Source of the DNA: Octopus bimaculoides | Lineage: Eukaryota | DNA length: 64,000 bases | NCBI RefSeq assembly: GCF_001194135.2 | Contig: NC_068994.1 | Coordinates: forward strand, 12,647,078-12,711,077 | Direction: 5' to 3' | Shown: piece after piece, positions 13,101-26,760 of the stretch | How the letters are laid out: each line of letters opens with the position of its first letter | How positions within the stretch are numbered: the first letter of the stretch is position 1 | Made by a program: the position numbers and the translations under genes | The notes under the pieces: model-generated | What the model was told of the DNA's origin: nothing | What the model saw: only the letters and a program-made list of their open reading frames with translations | Database searches by the model: none

Positions 13101-14202
13101 CTGGACTCCAGTATCTGCCACAACTATGATTTCACTTGACTTGATGGGTTTTCTTCTGAAGCATGGTATATTGCCAAAGGTCTCAGGTCATTTGTCATTG
13201 CCCCCATGAAGCCCAATGGTCAAAAGGTGTTATTTATGTGCCACTGGTACAGGTGCCAGTTATATGACACCGGCATTGGCCAATAAACATGTTATGTGCC
13301 TGTTAACGATAACAATTTCTTTTCCATTTCTCTGATCTAAGATGCATTTACTATATTGTGTGAAACTTTGAAGCAAATTCATTAAGGAATTTAAGAATCC
13401 ACACGAACAGGCTTGGTTTAGTGCTTAAAAGTTTGTTTCACAATTATTTGATTCCAGGTTCAATCATACTGCACCATACCTTTGGATACATGTCTTTCTA
13501 CTATCTCTCCGACTGCTTCTCACTTTCCCTTTCTATCTGCTTTCCTCACCTTCCCTTTCTCAATCTACTTCTCACTATTTTCTGTCTTCACTCAACCGCA
13601 CATTCATAGCCAATTTGCTGGTGGGTCAACAGGGGAGCCCATTGCAATCAATTTGCTAGAAATAGCTGCCAAATCTCCCTCAAATTACTGATTTGTGTGG
13701 TGTATGCGTGCGAGTAGAAGTAGTCGGCTTACCTCGTTTTCCTTCCCTTGCACGAGTCTGTCCTGCGGTATCCGATCCTCGCGGCTGGCCCGACCCGAAG
13801 AACGCTAGAAATAGCAGCTGCTTCTCCCAACACCTAGACGATCGCTTCGCTCGTCCTCTCGTCACAACAACCCTGCTCTAAAAAAGGCATGAAATCCCAG
13901 TCGAGGCTCCCTCTGCCCTTCTTCCTCTTCCCGTCAGTTCACAGTTCCGGTCAGTAGTCAGCTCCCCAGTTGCTGACGTCATTCCACAATTTGAAAAAGG
14001 AAGNNNNNNNNNNNNNNNNNNNNNNNNNNNNNNNNNNNNNNNNNNNNNNNNNNNNNNNNNNNNNNNNNNNNNNNNNNNNNNNNNNNNNNNNNNNNNNNNN
14101 NNNNTGTCACGCAGCAGATCCCCATAATCAAGTCAATGTAGAGTTTCAACAGAAACCAGTTTTCTTTTTTGTGCAACCAATGGGTTGAATGTTTAGCTGT
14201 TG

Positions 14203-14235
<33 letters not shown>

Positions 14236-15262
14236 TGTTTAACATCCACTTTCCATGCTAGCATGGGTCGGATGATTTGACTGAGAACTGGTGAAACCGG
14301 ATAGCTACACCAGGCTCCAATCTGATTTGGCAGAGTTTCTACAGCTGGATGCCCTTCCTAACGCCAACCACTCTGAGAGTGTAGTGGGTGCTTTTACGTG
14401 CCACCGGCACGAAGGCCAGTCAGGCGGTACTGGCAACAGCAACACTCAAAATGGTGTATTTTACGTGCCACCTGCACAGGAGCCAGTCCAGCGGCACTGG
14501 CAACGAACTCGCTCTTTATTTTGAAATAATTTTTCTGTTTTCTGCATTCTAGATTTATGCGTTGTTTAATTTTCTAAATTGATTTTTTAATTTCTCTTTG
14601 AAGGACTCCCTTCGGAATGATGCTCCACCCTTTAACTGGTCCGGTGAACCAAGAATGAGCTCAAAAAACCAACTGGACAGTTGGATGAACAGAGAACGAG
14701 CACAGTGGGAAGATAACAGATGTGATTTTGGCAATAACAATAATAACAACAATAAAAGTAACAACAGTAATAAACCTTGGGGACATCCTCAAGGCTCTCC
14801 TGCACCACCTGGAAGAGACAGAGACATGGACCCTGCCTTTCATAAAATCTCTAACCCAGATTTTTATGATCCCATGAATAGAGTGAATAGGTTAGGAGAT
14901 ATGAACAACCGTCTTTATAATGCTGATAGATGTAACAGGCCCCCACCAGCAGCAATGCCGCCTTCTAGAGACTTAAACCATAACCGCTTTAATTCATCCT
15001 CCTCAGATCAACAGTTTTGGAATGAAAGGTAAGGATATCTCTGATGTGTGTGTGCGTGTGTCTGTGCCGTGGATGCGTTTATCAGTATATTGTGCTGTTG
15101 TGTTCTGCATGATGTACAGTCGAGAACTTTGCAGGACCGGTTACTTTACAATACCTTTAAATGATGACGGCTGAAACCTCATGTTAATCACAGCTATAAA
15201 TACAATGCAATATATAGTCTGTCAGTGTTGGGTGATTTGGTTCATTCTCATTACTTCCTTCC

Positions 15263-15316
<54 letters not shown>

Positions 15317-16735
15317 CTCTTGATCTCTATCTCGATCTCTTGATCTCTATCTCGATCTCTTGATCTCTATCTCTCTCTCATAGCTATGTATATTTATCTG
15401 AAATTGTGTTTTTAGTTAGATGTATTTCAGTTATGAATTAACTGAGAAGCAGGATAATTACACTGCCTTTTGTTTTAATTGATTTTGAAAAATAATGAAG
15501 AATTTATTAAAATAACTTTGTTGTTATTTCGTTGGTGTTTAGAATATAAATGAACTTAGAATTTTGATGGAAGTCTTTTAGATTATTTTAATATGAGGAA
15601 TTTGTATTGCGGAACTAGGGGTTGCTTCAGGTAGGTCAGCCTCCAAGGATTAATTATCTGTCAGAGGGATACAACACAAGCAGTTTAATGTGCTCTGTGC
15701 TGGGTCTCTCCTGTGATTTGAGTTATCATTCTGGGGCAATGTTGCAGCAATTTTAACTTCAATTATATGCATTGATACACAAATATACATATAATTATGC
15801 ATGCTTAACTATGTTACATTTGTTTATTACTTCAAAGAGCAAGGTTCCTCTCCCTCACTGTTACAGATCCTCTCAAATGTGTGATTGGTTAAATTATATA
15901 CCTACTCTTTTTGACTCTCAACTTAGTTCAGTCACACTGTATAAAAAGAAGTCTAGACGTGTATTTTGTTTATAATATGCACACACACTTTCTCTGTTTT
16001 CAAATATTTTATTAGATTTCATGCCTAGTAGTAGCTCTTAAATGATAGCTCGCAAGCCAACATACCCACTGAACAGAATGCCAGTCCATCACAGAGTTAC
16101 TCATTTACCACTGAGTGAATGGGAGCAATGTGAAATGAAGTCTTTTATTCCAGAACACAACGCACTATTCATCTGGGAATCAAAGCTTCAGTCTTGTGAT
16201 CACAGAATGCAGTACCCTAACTAATAGATCATATGCCTGTCAATAAGGCATATAAATATTACAGCTGAAATCTTATTTCAATTATTTGAAATTAATAAAA
16301 TAGAAAATCAGTGAGTTGACAGAATCATTACCATGCCAGGCAAGATGCTTATTGGTATTTCATTTGTCTTTATGTTCTGAGTTTGAGGTTGACTTTATCT
16401 TTCATCTCTTTGGGGTTGATTAAATAAGTACCAGTTGAGCATTGGAGTCGATGTTATCAACTTATCCCTCCCCTCCAAATTGCTAGCCTTGTGCCAAAAT
16501 TTGAAAGCAATATAAAAAGATTTTAAATTTACCATTTTTTTCTATACAATAATCCCTCGACTATCGCAGATGTTACATTCCCAAAACTCCTGTGATAGGT
16601 GAAAATCCATGAAGTAGAAACAGTACTGTACTGTATATTTTTTTTTTAATTATTTTTATAATTTGTATATATTTATTTTATTATAAATGCAAAGCAACAC
16701 AAGAATTAAATAAGCGTGTCGTTCTCCCACTGGCG

Positions 16736-16778
<43 letters not shown>

Positions 16779-17042
16779 CGGCTCGATTGTTCTTTCACCC
16801 CTACACCTGGTTCCAATGATCGATTTGCACGTCAGAGGCGCTTCAGACTTCCACCAGAGTGTCCTCTGGCTTCGTCCCAACCGGGCGTGGATCGCCATCT
16901 TTCGGGTCCCCAGCCACCTGCTACACCTCAGTCATAAGCTTAAATGATAAACCACAATATGGCGAGGGATTACTGTATATATATTACAAATTTAGTTTAG
17001 TTTTAAGTTTAAAATCTAAACTGCACTTAGTAGTCCCTCTAC

Positions 17043-17079
<37 letters not shown>

Positions 17080-20000
17080 TAAAGATCCAATAGAGGTGGA
17101 ATCAATAAAAAAAATGTACACTATATAGTGAGATAAATATCAATTTAAATACACAACTGAAAGAGCTACTAATAATTTCCTGCTTCTATGATACTTGAAC
17201 TGACATATTTATATAAATATGCTATGTATCTTAAAGTAATCTTTCAGGTTCTGTTTATATGTTACATATATTTTTTAAAAACAAGATCCATTGTGCAGTA
17301 AGAAAAAAAAAACATACGAAAAACATGAAGTTTGATGCCAAAGAAATGGAATGAAAAAAAGAAACAAAACCAAGAAAACTAAGATCCTCATCTTCTTTGA
17401 TTGCAGAAAGCTCATTAAATACAACTGGTTTAAAACAAAATAACAGAAAATACATCAAAATCTGCAAAATTTCAATCCGGAGTAGGTGGTGCCCTCCAAT
17501 TTGATAAAAGATATATATTCGTTTATTAGATTTTAGCCATGCTGGGGTACCACCATTTAAGGGTTTAGTTGGGCATATTGGCCCCAATTATTATTTTTTT
17601 TAGTTTGGTACACATGCTAGAAAAACATGTTTGTTGAACTACTGTCTTACTGTACATCAGCATCACTGTTTCCAGCAACATAAACCTAATATGGAAGACA
17701 GATGTTAAATGTTGATTGATATATGTATGTATGTATGTGTGTGTGTATATATGTATATATATATAGTAGTAATAAGGATTAAAAGAATCAGACAGATCTC
17801 ACATTAATCTCTCCACCAACTACATGGCTAGCAAGAATGACAGTGGTTAAGGCTAGGATAAGCTGTAGCATCTTCATGAAAATCCAGGAAGTACAATTGT
17901 GGAGAGGATGTATATAAATAGAACAGATGTTTTATATATGTATATATATACATGCACATAGATGTGTATGTATGTGTATATGAGCTGCTCCACATTGGTC
18001 ACCGGAGTGATATTTGATCACTTTACATGTGTCTGAGTGTCGGTTAGGTGTCTGGATTGGGACAGCTTACCTCATGAGCAGGTAGAAGCTCTTTAACCTT
18101 GGTTGGTAATCTATCTAGGAGAAGGAAATCTCTGAAATAAAACCTGAGGCCTTGGAAGTTCCTGGTTTTGTCAATTCTCTTGTCACACCGGTGAAAGTCT
18201 TCTTGGGCTAATAAGTGGGGGTAGTGCAGTGCAAGCTACACCCACTAAAAATTATTCATCTGCACAGGTACTTCCTGTACTTCAGATCTTGGTAAAATCA
18301 TTCAATTGTAACACATAGATGTGTGTATGGTGAAAGATACAACACAAAGACAGCAAAAAATACGAACCCAGAGTGTATTAGGTTGATGCTCAGAAAATGG
18401 AAAAAAAAAAGAGAAGGAAATGCCTTTTATGTTTCAAGTATTCACTCCTTCTGAAAGACAAGATAGACATGAAAATGGAGAACTAGAAACATGCATATCC
18501 AATACACACTTACACATACTGGACTTCAAAACTGTTTCTGCTCACCAGATTTCACTAAAGGTTTTAATGACACTGATTAACTCAATTTTAATTTTTTTTT
18601 GTCTTTGGTCAGTAAGTGTTATTTCCTATTTGTTTTTATCTCGAAATCAAAGGAAATGACTACTATTCCCTTCAAACTTTGCTTTTGTCACCTGGACATC
18701 AATGTTTTGAAGCTGACCTATTTTCCATTACATTTCAGACAGATTCAGCACTGAGTTGCTGAAGCAGAAATATCGTTATAGCAAATATTCTGCTCCATAC
18801 CACAGATTTGCTTGTCAGTTGATTGACAGTTGCTTGAGCCATGTCCCTTAGAAAATGAAAATATGTGCATCTCTGATGATGAGCAGAAGTAGTGTGGAGC
18901 ATTATTGCCATGTGTTGAGAGGGGTTCTTTAGGGTTTGAATAAATATCATAATAACAAAAGTATAGTTTGAAGGAAATATTAACCATTTGTCATCATTTC
19001 TAAGGGTAAGCAAACAGGAAATAACAGTTGCTACCCAAGGACAAAAATCGTGTTACACAGGATTATTGTAAATGTGTGTTACCTTCTTACAAGCAGTGTC
19101 ATTTGTTTCCATTCCTCTATGAAATCATTCCAGTCATGGGGAAATATTGCCTTGCTTGAAAACAGGTGAAGGTTGGTGGCAGGAGGGGCATCCAGCTGTT
19201 AAAAAAAAACAATTTGCTTCAGTGAATTCTGCCTGACCCATGCAAGCATGGAAAGTGGATATTGAAGTCATGGCGATGTTAAACTAGATGTAGAAGGTTT
19301 CTGAATGTTGTTTACAGATGTATTTTGTCCTCTTTTACCTTTTGTTTTTTCACTTGTATCAGTCATTTGACTGTGGCCATGATGGGGCACCCTCTTGAAG
19401 AATTTTGGCTGAATGAATCAACCCCCAGTCTGTTTTTTTTTTTTAAGCCTGGTACTTATTCTATCATCCTATTTTGCCAAACCACTCATTTACTGGGACA
19501 TAAACACACAAACACCAGTTGTCAAGTGTAGGTGGTGGGGGATGAACAAAGGCACACATACACATACAACCAGCTTCTTTCAGTTTCCATCTACCAAATC
19601 CACTCGCTAAGCTTTAGTTTGCCTGAGGCTATAAGTACAAGACATCTACCTACCCGAGGTGCTACGCAGTGGGACTGAACCTGGAACCATGAGGTTGGGA
19701 AGCAAACTTCTTACTACACAGCCACTCCTGCACCTGTCATGTATAGAATGAATGGAATAAAAATTTATGATTGCACAAAGTTTATCATGACACTACACTC
19801 ACAAACACACACACACACAGCCACTCAGGTATCCACTACAGGTTGCTCAACCTGCTAGAAATAGCTAATTTCTCTACAAATGACACCTTACTTTCAGAGA
19901 GGAAGGACACATTGGATATATATATAGTTTCAAAATAAGGCAGGATGGTCATAGCTAGAACACTTTTATCAAGAGTGCTTCGTAAGCACTAACTTAGGCT

Positions 20001-23000
20001 AAACAACTCAATAACATGTAGTGACACATTTTTGAGGAGCCTCTGTATTCAATTTATGGTATAATAGCTGAAAAGATTAGTTTGAATTAACAGGCTTTCA
20101 CACTCCCATTTAGATCAACAAGTATTGACTATCGGTTTCTAACTGTTTTGATACTAATCCGCCAGAAACTGCCATTCGTTCTATGATACAAACTTCCATT
20201 TTAAAGTGATCTAAATTAAAACCTTCTGTCAAAATTTCGTGTTTATTTCAGTTTAATATTGAAAAAAAAAAAAAATGAGTTTAACAAATATTTTTATTGT
20301 TTTCAAAATTAGTTGAAACAAAGGCAGTATATTTCTCAATGGAAATATGGTTAAGAGAGAGTTAAGAAACTTGCCATGTATCATTTTGTATCACAGTTTT
20401 CAGAATATTTAAAACATTTAAAAACAATACAATTATTGGTGAAAAGCAACATAAAAATTTTGATTTTAATCCTTTCGTGACTCTCTAATGGACACAATCA
20501 AAGGATTTGGAGATACTCTTTACTCTTTTTACTCTTTTACTTGTTTCAGTTATTTGACTGTGACCATGCTGGAGCACACCGCCTTTAGTCGAGCAAATCG
20601 ACCCCAGGATTTATTCTTTGGAAGCCTAGTACTTATTCTACTGTTCTCTTTTGCCGAACCACTAAGTTACGGGGACGTAAACACACCAGCATCGGTTGTC
20701 AAGCGATGTTGGGAGGACAAACATATACACACACATACATATATATATACATATATACGACAGGCTTCTTTCAGTTTCCGTCTACCAAATCCACTCACAA
20801 GGCATTGGTCGGCCCGAGGCTATAATAGAAGACACTTGCTCAAGGTGCCACGCAGTGGGAATGAACCCAGAACCATGTTGTTGGTAAGCAAGCTACTTAC
20901 CACACAGCCACTCCTGCGCCTTTTTTATAATATGTTTTTTTACTTGTTTCAGTCATTGGAATGTGGCTATGCTAGGGCATCTTGAAGGGTTTTCTGAACA
21001 AATCAACCCCAGGGTTCATTTTTGAAGTCTGGGCACCTATTCTGTCGGTCTCTATCACTGAACTTACAGGAATGTTAAAAACTGACACTGGTTATCAAGC
21101 ACACACACACACACTGGGTTTATCTCAGTTTCTGTCTACCAAAACCATTCACAAGGTTTTGGTCAGTCTGGGACTATAGTAGAAGACACTTGCCCAATGT
21201 GCTGGTGCTGCACAGTGGGACTGAACTCAAATCCACATGGTTGGGAAACTAGCTCCATATCTGCGCAACCATGCCTTTTATTATTATTAATCGGCCATTT
21301 GAACACAACTAGAAAGGTCCTTACATAAAATAGTGTTGCAAAGCTTCAATTTTAAATGAAGATATTTAAAAGCAGAGTAGGTGTTTGACAATTAGAGGTA
21401 GTTGTAGGTAGATTTGGTTTTAAAGAATTTATATAAACAATTTGTTGGTCTTTGGCAGTATGCTGGAAATTACCATTTTATCAGTTTTATTTGTATTGCC
21501 CCAGGAGTGAGAGGCATGCTTGGCTTAAGTGATTAAGATACCGCATTTACTGAGTACTGGTTTTATAAACTGAAAGTTTATAACAGATAATAATAATAAT
21601 AATACATTCAACTTCAGGTTTGTGTGTGTGATAAACTACACACACATACATACTTTTACAAGAAGAATGATTTTGAAATTTAGGCCTGTTAGCTTTCATT
21701 GGACTGTCTGATGAAGGCTAGCTGCCTGAAACTTCGAAGTTATTGTCACTATTCTTCATGTAAAAGTATAAATATGTGTATAGGTGCAGGAGTGGCTGTG
21801 TGGTAAGAAGCTTGCTACCAAACCACATGGTTCCAAGTTCAGTCCTGCTGCATGGCACCTTGGGCAAGTATCTTTTACTATAGCCTTAGGCCAACCAAAG
21901 CCTTGTGAGTGGATTTGGTAGATAGAAAATGAAAGAAGCCATATATATATATATATATATATATCATTTAACGTCTGCTTTCCCTGCTGGTATGGGTTGG
22001 ATGGTTTGACTGAAAACTGGTAAACTGGGGAGCTACACCAGGTTCTGATCTGATTTGGCAAGGTTTCTATGGCTGGATGCCTTTCCTAATGCCAACCACT
22101 CCGAGAGCATAGTGAGTGATTTTTCGTGACCCCAGCATGGGTGCCACTCACCTGGCACTGGCATCAGCCAGGACTACAGTCTCACTTGGCTTGACAGGTC
22201 TACACAAGCATAGTGTGTCGCCAAAGGTCTTGGTCAGCTGTCACTGCTTCCGTGAGGCCCAATGCTCAAACGGTGGTTTTTACGTGCCACCGGCACGGGT
22301 GCCTGTCAGACGGTACTAGCGTTGGCTACAACTACAATATGTATGTGTATATCTGTGTGCGTGTGCGCCTTTGTGCCTGTGTTTGTCCCCCCTCCCCCCA
22401 ATCACCGCTGGACAACCGGTGTTGGTGTGTTTACATCCTTGTAACTGACAATGGAGTAAGTCCTGGGGTTGATTTCTTCAACTAAAAACCCCTTTAAGGT
22501 AGTGCTCCAGCATGGCCACTGTCAAATGACTGAAACCAGTAAAAGAATAAAAGAATGTACTCGACGGAAAGTATTGGGTAACCCTTCAGATTAATGTAAA
22601 ATAGTTTTACTTTTAACTAAACATAAAAACAAACATTAAGACATGTATAACCAGGTTACTGTTGTCTCCCCTTCCATTCAACCACATCCTTCCTGTCAAT
22701 TCAATATATGAAACCATTAATCCAACCATGTTTTGTTTCTCTTTTCCTTTTCTTTCCTTATTCCTTTCTGCTGAGCGCAGTCTTGAACTGTCAAAGACTT
22801 TTCCATTTTTTTCTGAGTGTTAAACTAATACACCTTGTTTGTTGTTCCCTTGCCTGGCTCTGTCTCTGTTTTTTTTTTTTTTGTACATTTAAACCACACA
22901 CACACACAGCCACTTGCATGTTAATTTCACGAGCAGGCTGTTCCATTGATCGGATCAACTGGAACCCTCAATGTCGTAAGCGACGGAGTGCCAACAACAC

Positions 23001-26000
23001 AACAACACACATTTTTCTCCCCTATTTTTCACTTGTTTCAGTTATTGAACTGCAGTCATGCCAGTGCACTATCTGGAAAGGTTTAGTTGCACAAATTGAC
23101 CCTAGTACGATTTTCAGCATATCATGCAACCAAGAAAAGGTTCACTAAATAGCTTATTCATTTTCCTTCTTTCTCAGTCTTCACCCTTTGATTATTATAC
23201 ATTTGGTGAAAGTGGTAAGCTGGCAGAGTCGTTAGCACACCAGGCAAAATGCTTGGCAGCATTTCATCCATCTTTACATTCTGAGTTCAAATTCCACTGA
23301 GGTCCACTTTGCTTTTCATCCTTCTGGAGTCGATAGAATAAGTACCTGTTGAGTACTGGGGTTGATGTAATCGACTATCCCTTCCCCCAAATTTCAGGCC
23401 TTGTGCCTATAATAGAAAGGGTTATTATACATTTGGTCTCTTGAGTGAACCCCTATATCCAGCTGGTATTACACAACTTGTTGCAAATAAAGGATATGTT
23501 TTGGTAAACACCTGCACACCACAGTTTACAACAACATCTCGGACAGTCATGAACAAATTATGACTCACAGGAATTTCTGAATGGCACACCTGACCAAAAA
23601 TTACCTAGAATTTTTTTTAGTAATGTGGTCTGCATGTTGAAACCACATCTCATGTGAACTGCTTCTTGAAAAAAGATTGCCCATACCTGATCTAGTGCAA
23701 CAATCATTTTTAAAATCTGATGTTTATTCTATCAGTATCTTTTGCTGAACTGCTAAGTTAAGGGGACGTAAACCAGCACTAGTTGTCAAGCAGTGGTGGA
23801 GGACAAACACAAAAGCACATACCCATATGATGGGCTTCCTCTCAGTTTCTCTCTGCCAAATTCGCTCACAAGATATTGGTCAACCTGGGGTTATATTAAG
23901 ACACTTGCCCAAGGTGCTGAGCTGTGGGACTGAACTAGAAACAGTGATTAACATTAAAGATATTTTTTTAAAAAATGTAATGGATATAATTTTTGATTGC
24001 TTAGCATCTAAATGAGGTGAAGCTTTATCTTTCATACTCTTAATACTGCAAAATCCAGAATGGTGTATATGTATCACAACCAGCTTTAATTACATTAGAC
24101 TGGATATATTGTGAGCAGGGAGGAGAGACAAAAGATATCTGATTTCTGATCATCGTTGTCATGGTAATGTCGCAATCCAAAAAAGATAGTGCCAACTAAC
24201 TAACTATGCAGCATGTTCTTCATTAAAGATAGTAAGGTATTCTTTAAAGGTTATTCAACTGTTATTCTTAGCATTTCAAACAATCTCATAGCGACTCCAT
24301 TGTTGGCTCAAAAGAAAAGAAATAATTGTTGTTGATAATGAATTGATATATGTAAAACTGAAATTATCACTTTTATCAAATAGACTATAGGATATTGTTA
24401 GAGATTGCTGGTTATAATGGGCTTCCAAATCTTCCTGGATTGTAGCCCCTTCTGTTCCATTTTGGTGCAAATCACTTAAATAAATCCTCCTTCTAGATGA
24501 CTCTTTCTGATCTCTTGGATACATCTTGGTAACTGTATGAGTCCATCTGCTATCTGTGAAGCTTGTAACATGAAAAATTGCCTTCAAAGCAGAAATTTAA
24601 AACAGAAGTAATAAATAAGACACTTATGTGTGTATGCTAAGAAGTTTGTCCCCAATCAAATGGTGGTGGATTCAGTCCCACCGCATGACACCTCAGGCAA
24701 GTGTCTTCTACTGTAGCTTTGGGCCAACCAAGACCTTGTGAGTAGATATGGTAGATGGAAACTAAAAGAAGCTTCTCATCTATATATATATGTGTGTGTT
24801 TGTATCTCTTTATCTTCACATTGCATGACAGTTGTTAATGATTGTCATTCATTTCCAATATTCTGCATGAACATAGGTAAATATTTCTTGGGAAATATTT
24901 ACCTTGCTCGGAATCAGGAAGGGCCATAGAAAAATCTACTTCAATAAACTCTATCTGACCCATGCAAGCATGATGATAAACAAAAGACAAAAACGAAAAC
25001 AACATAGCCATCACTTGCAAGCGAGTATGACTTGTTAACATATGCCCTGATTTCACTAATTGTTTCAGGTGTCTGTGTAGTTATGAGCAGACAAAAGGCA
25101 TCCCATCTCAGCTTTTCGCCCTTTGACCAGCGGAACATGACAACAGGAGTGGAAGAATGCTGTACTACCAGCACCAGGCTGGTGTTCATTTCAGCTGAGT
25201 AGACTGCGGCATTATGAAGTGAAGTGCCTTGCTCAAGGACGCATTCAGGAATCACCTCTTGACCATATATGACCATGGGTTCAAAATGCTAACCACTTAA
25301 CAAATACACTAATAACATCTGAGTAATTAACTGTTGCAAGTTATCTTTACAGAAATGTCAAGGAGTGGTGATGGGGGGGGGGGGCATCATCATCCCATTT
25401 TCTGCTCTATATTTTTTGTCAGTTGAGTTCATGCGAGTGAAATTTTCATGATTTAAAAAAAAAAAAATTTTTTTATTGTCATTGTTTGTTTATTTTTATT
25501 TTGTAGAGATCGGAACTTCCCACCCAAAGAATTTGATGTACAAAGAGGCAATAGGCATCCGAATGAGAGATTCCATCGTGGTGACTTTCTCCCTCCGTAT
25601 GGAGAAACAATTGATTATGCACATCGACCTGCCAGAGAAATGTTTGAACCTGATTCAGGTAAGGAGAAAGGAAATACTTCTTTGCTTTCCAAATTTCTGC
25701 CTAATGTGCTCATCATCATCATGGTTTTGTATTTGCATCTTTTAATTCGGAAACAGATGATGATACACACTTTTACCTTCCTTAGTCTTCTATCTATCTA
25801 TCTATCTATCTATCTATAACCACTGCATCAAGCATTGCATGTAATCCAGTGGTTCTCAACTGTTTTTTGCTCTTCAGAACCCCCTTCAGTTCCAGTTTTG
25901 CTCTTCAGGACCCATAGCTATGCGACATTAAAAAAATTCTCTTGCATTTATAGAATGAAACATTATTAGGAACTGTATAAAAAAATTAAAATATTTTGTA

Positions 26001-26724
26001 TAGTGTAGAAGCATAACAAATTTATTGCACATAAATTTTAGCAACAACTCCTTATGTGGGCCCCCAAGGGTTATATGAACTCGGGTTGAGAACCAACTAA
26101 TGTGGTTCTTTGTTCTGGAAACTGTTGCTGCAGTACTATAGCAATAGCTCCTTTTGTTTCTTGTTTCTCCTTAAAAAGGGGCGAAAAAAAAAAAAGACAT
26201 CCATTACTGAAATGTCTTAGTGCATAAAGTTTTCTTCATAGGAAACCTACTAGGGACTAAAACAGCATAAGTAAAAAGGGAGTTCTAGAAAGGCTGAAGT
26301 TCTGGTGAGGAATAATAAAGGAAAGTTTTGAGGGTAACAGACATAATTGTGTGGAGAGAGAGAGACAGGGGTTTAGGAGGATGATGGTGGTGGTGAATAT
26401 GTTGGCTGGGCTGGGGACATGAAATGCAGTGAGCTGATTGAGAAGGGTAGTCTGTTGTTGAAGTATTAGGAATAGCACAGAGAGAGAGTATACAATACAT
26501 TTATGAGTCATTGATTATAGTGAACTTTTGCTAATCAGTGTATAGTGATTTAAAAAAATGTTTTTTTTTTATGTGGTTTAAATGTTTGAGATGAGTTGAA
26601 ATTATAATTCTTTGGACTGTTAACTTCATTTTTTGTAGGTTTTTTCTTTTAAATTTCCGTCTGGACATTCAGCCAACCAAAGCCTTGTAAGTGGATTTGG
26701 TTGATGGAAATTGAAAGAAGCCTG

Positions 26725-26760
<36 letters not shown>

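Noticed and set aside
16733-16910. Functional rRNA gene or R2 insertion-site relic
   Set aside because: Only about 180 nt with no flanking rDNA, and the segment lacks the TTAAGGTAGCC R2 target.
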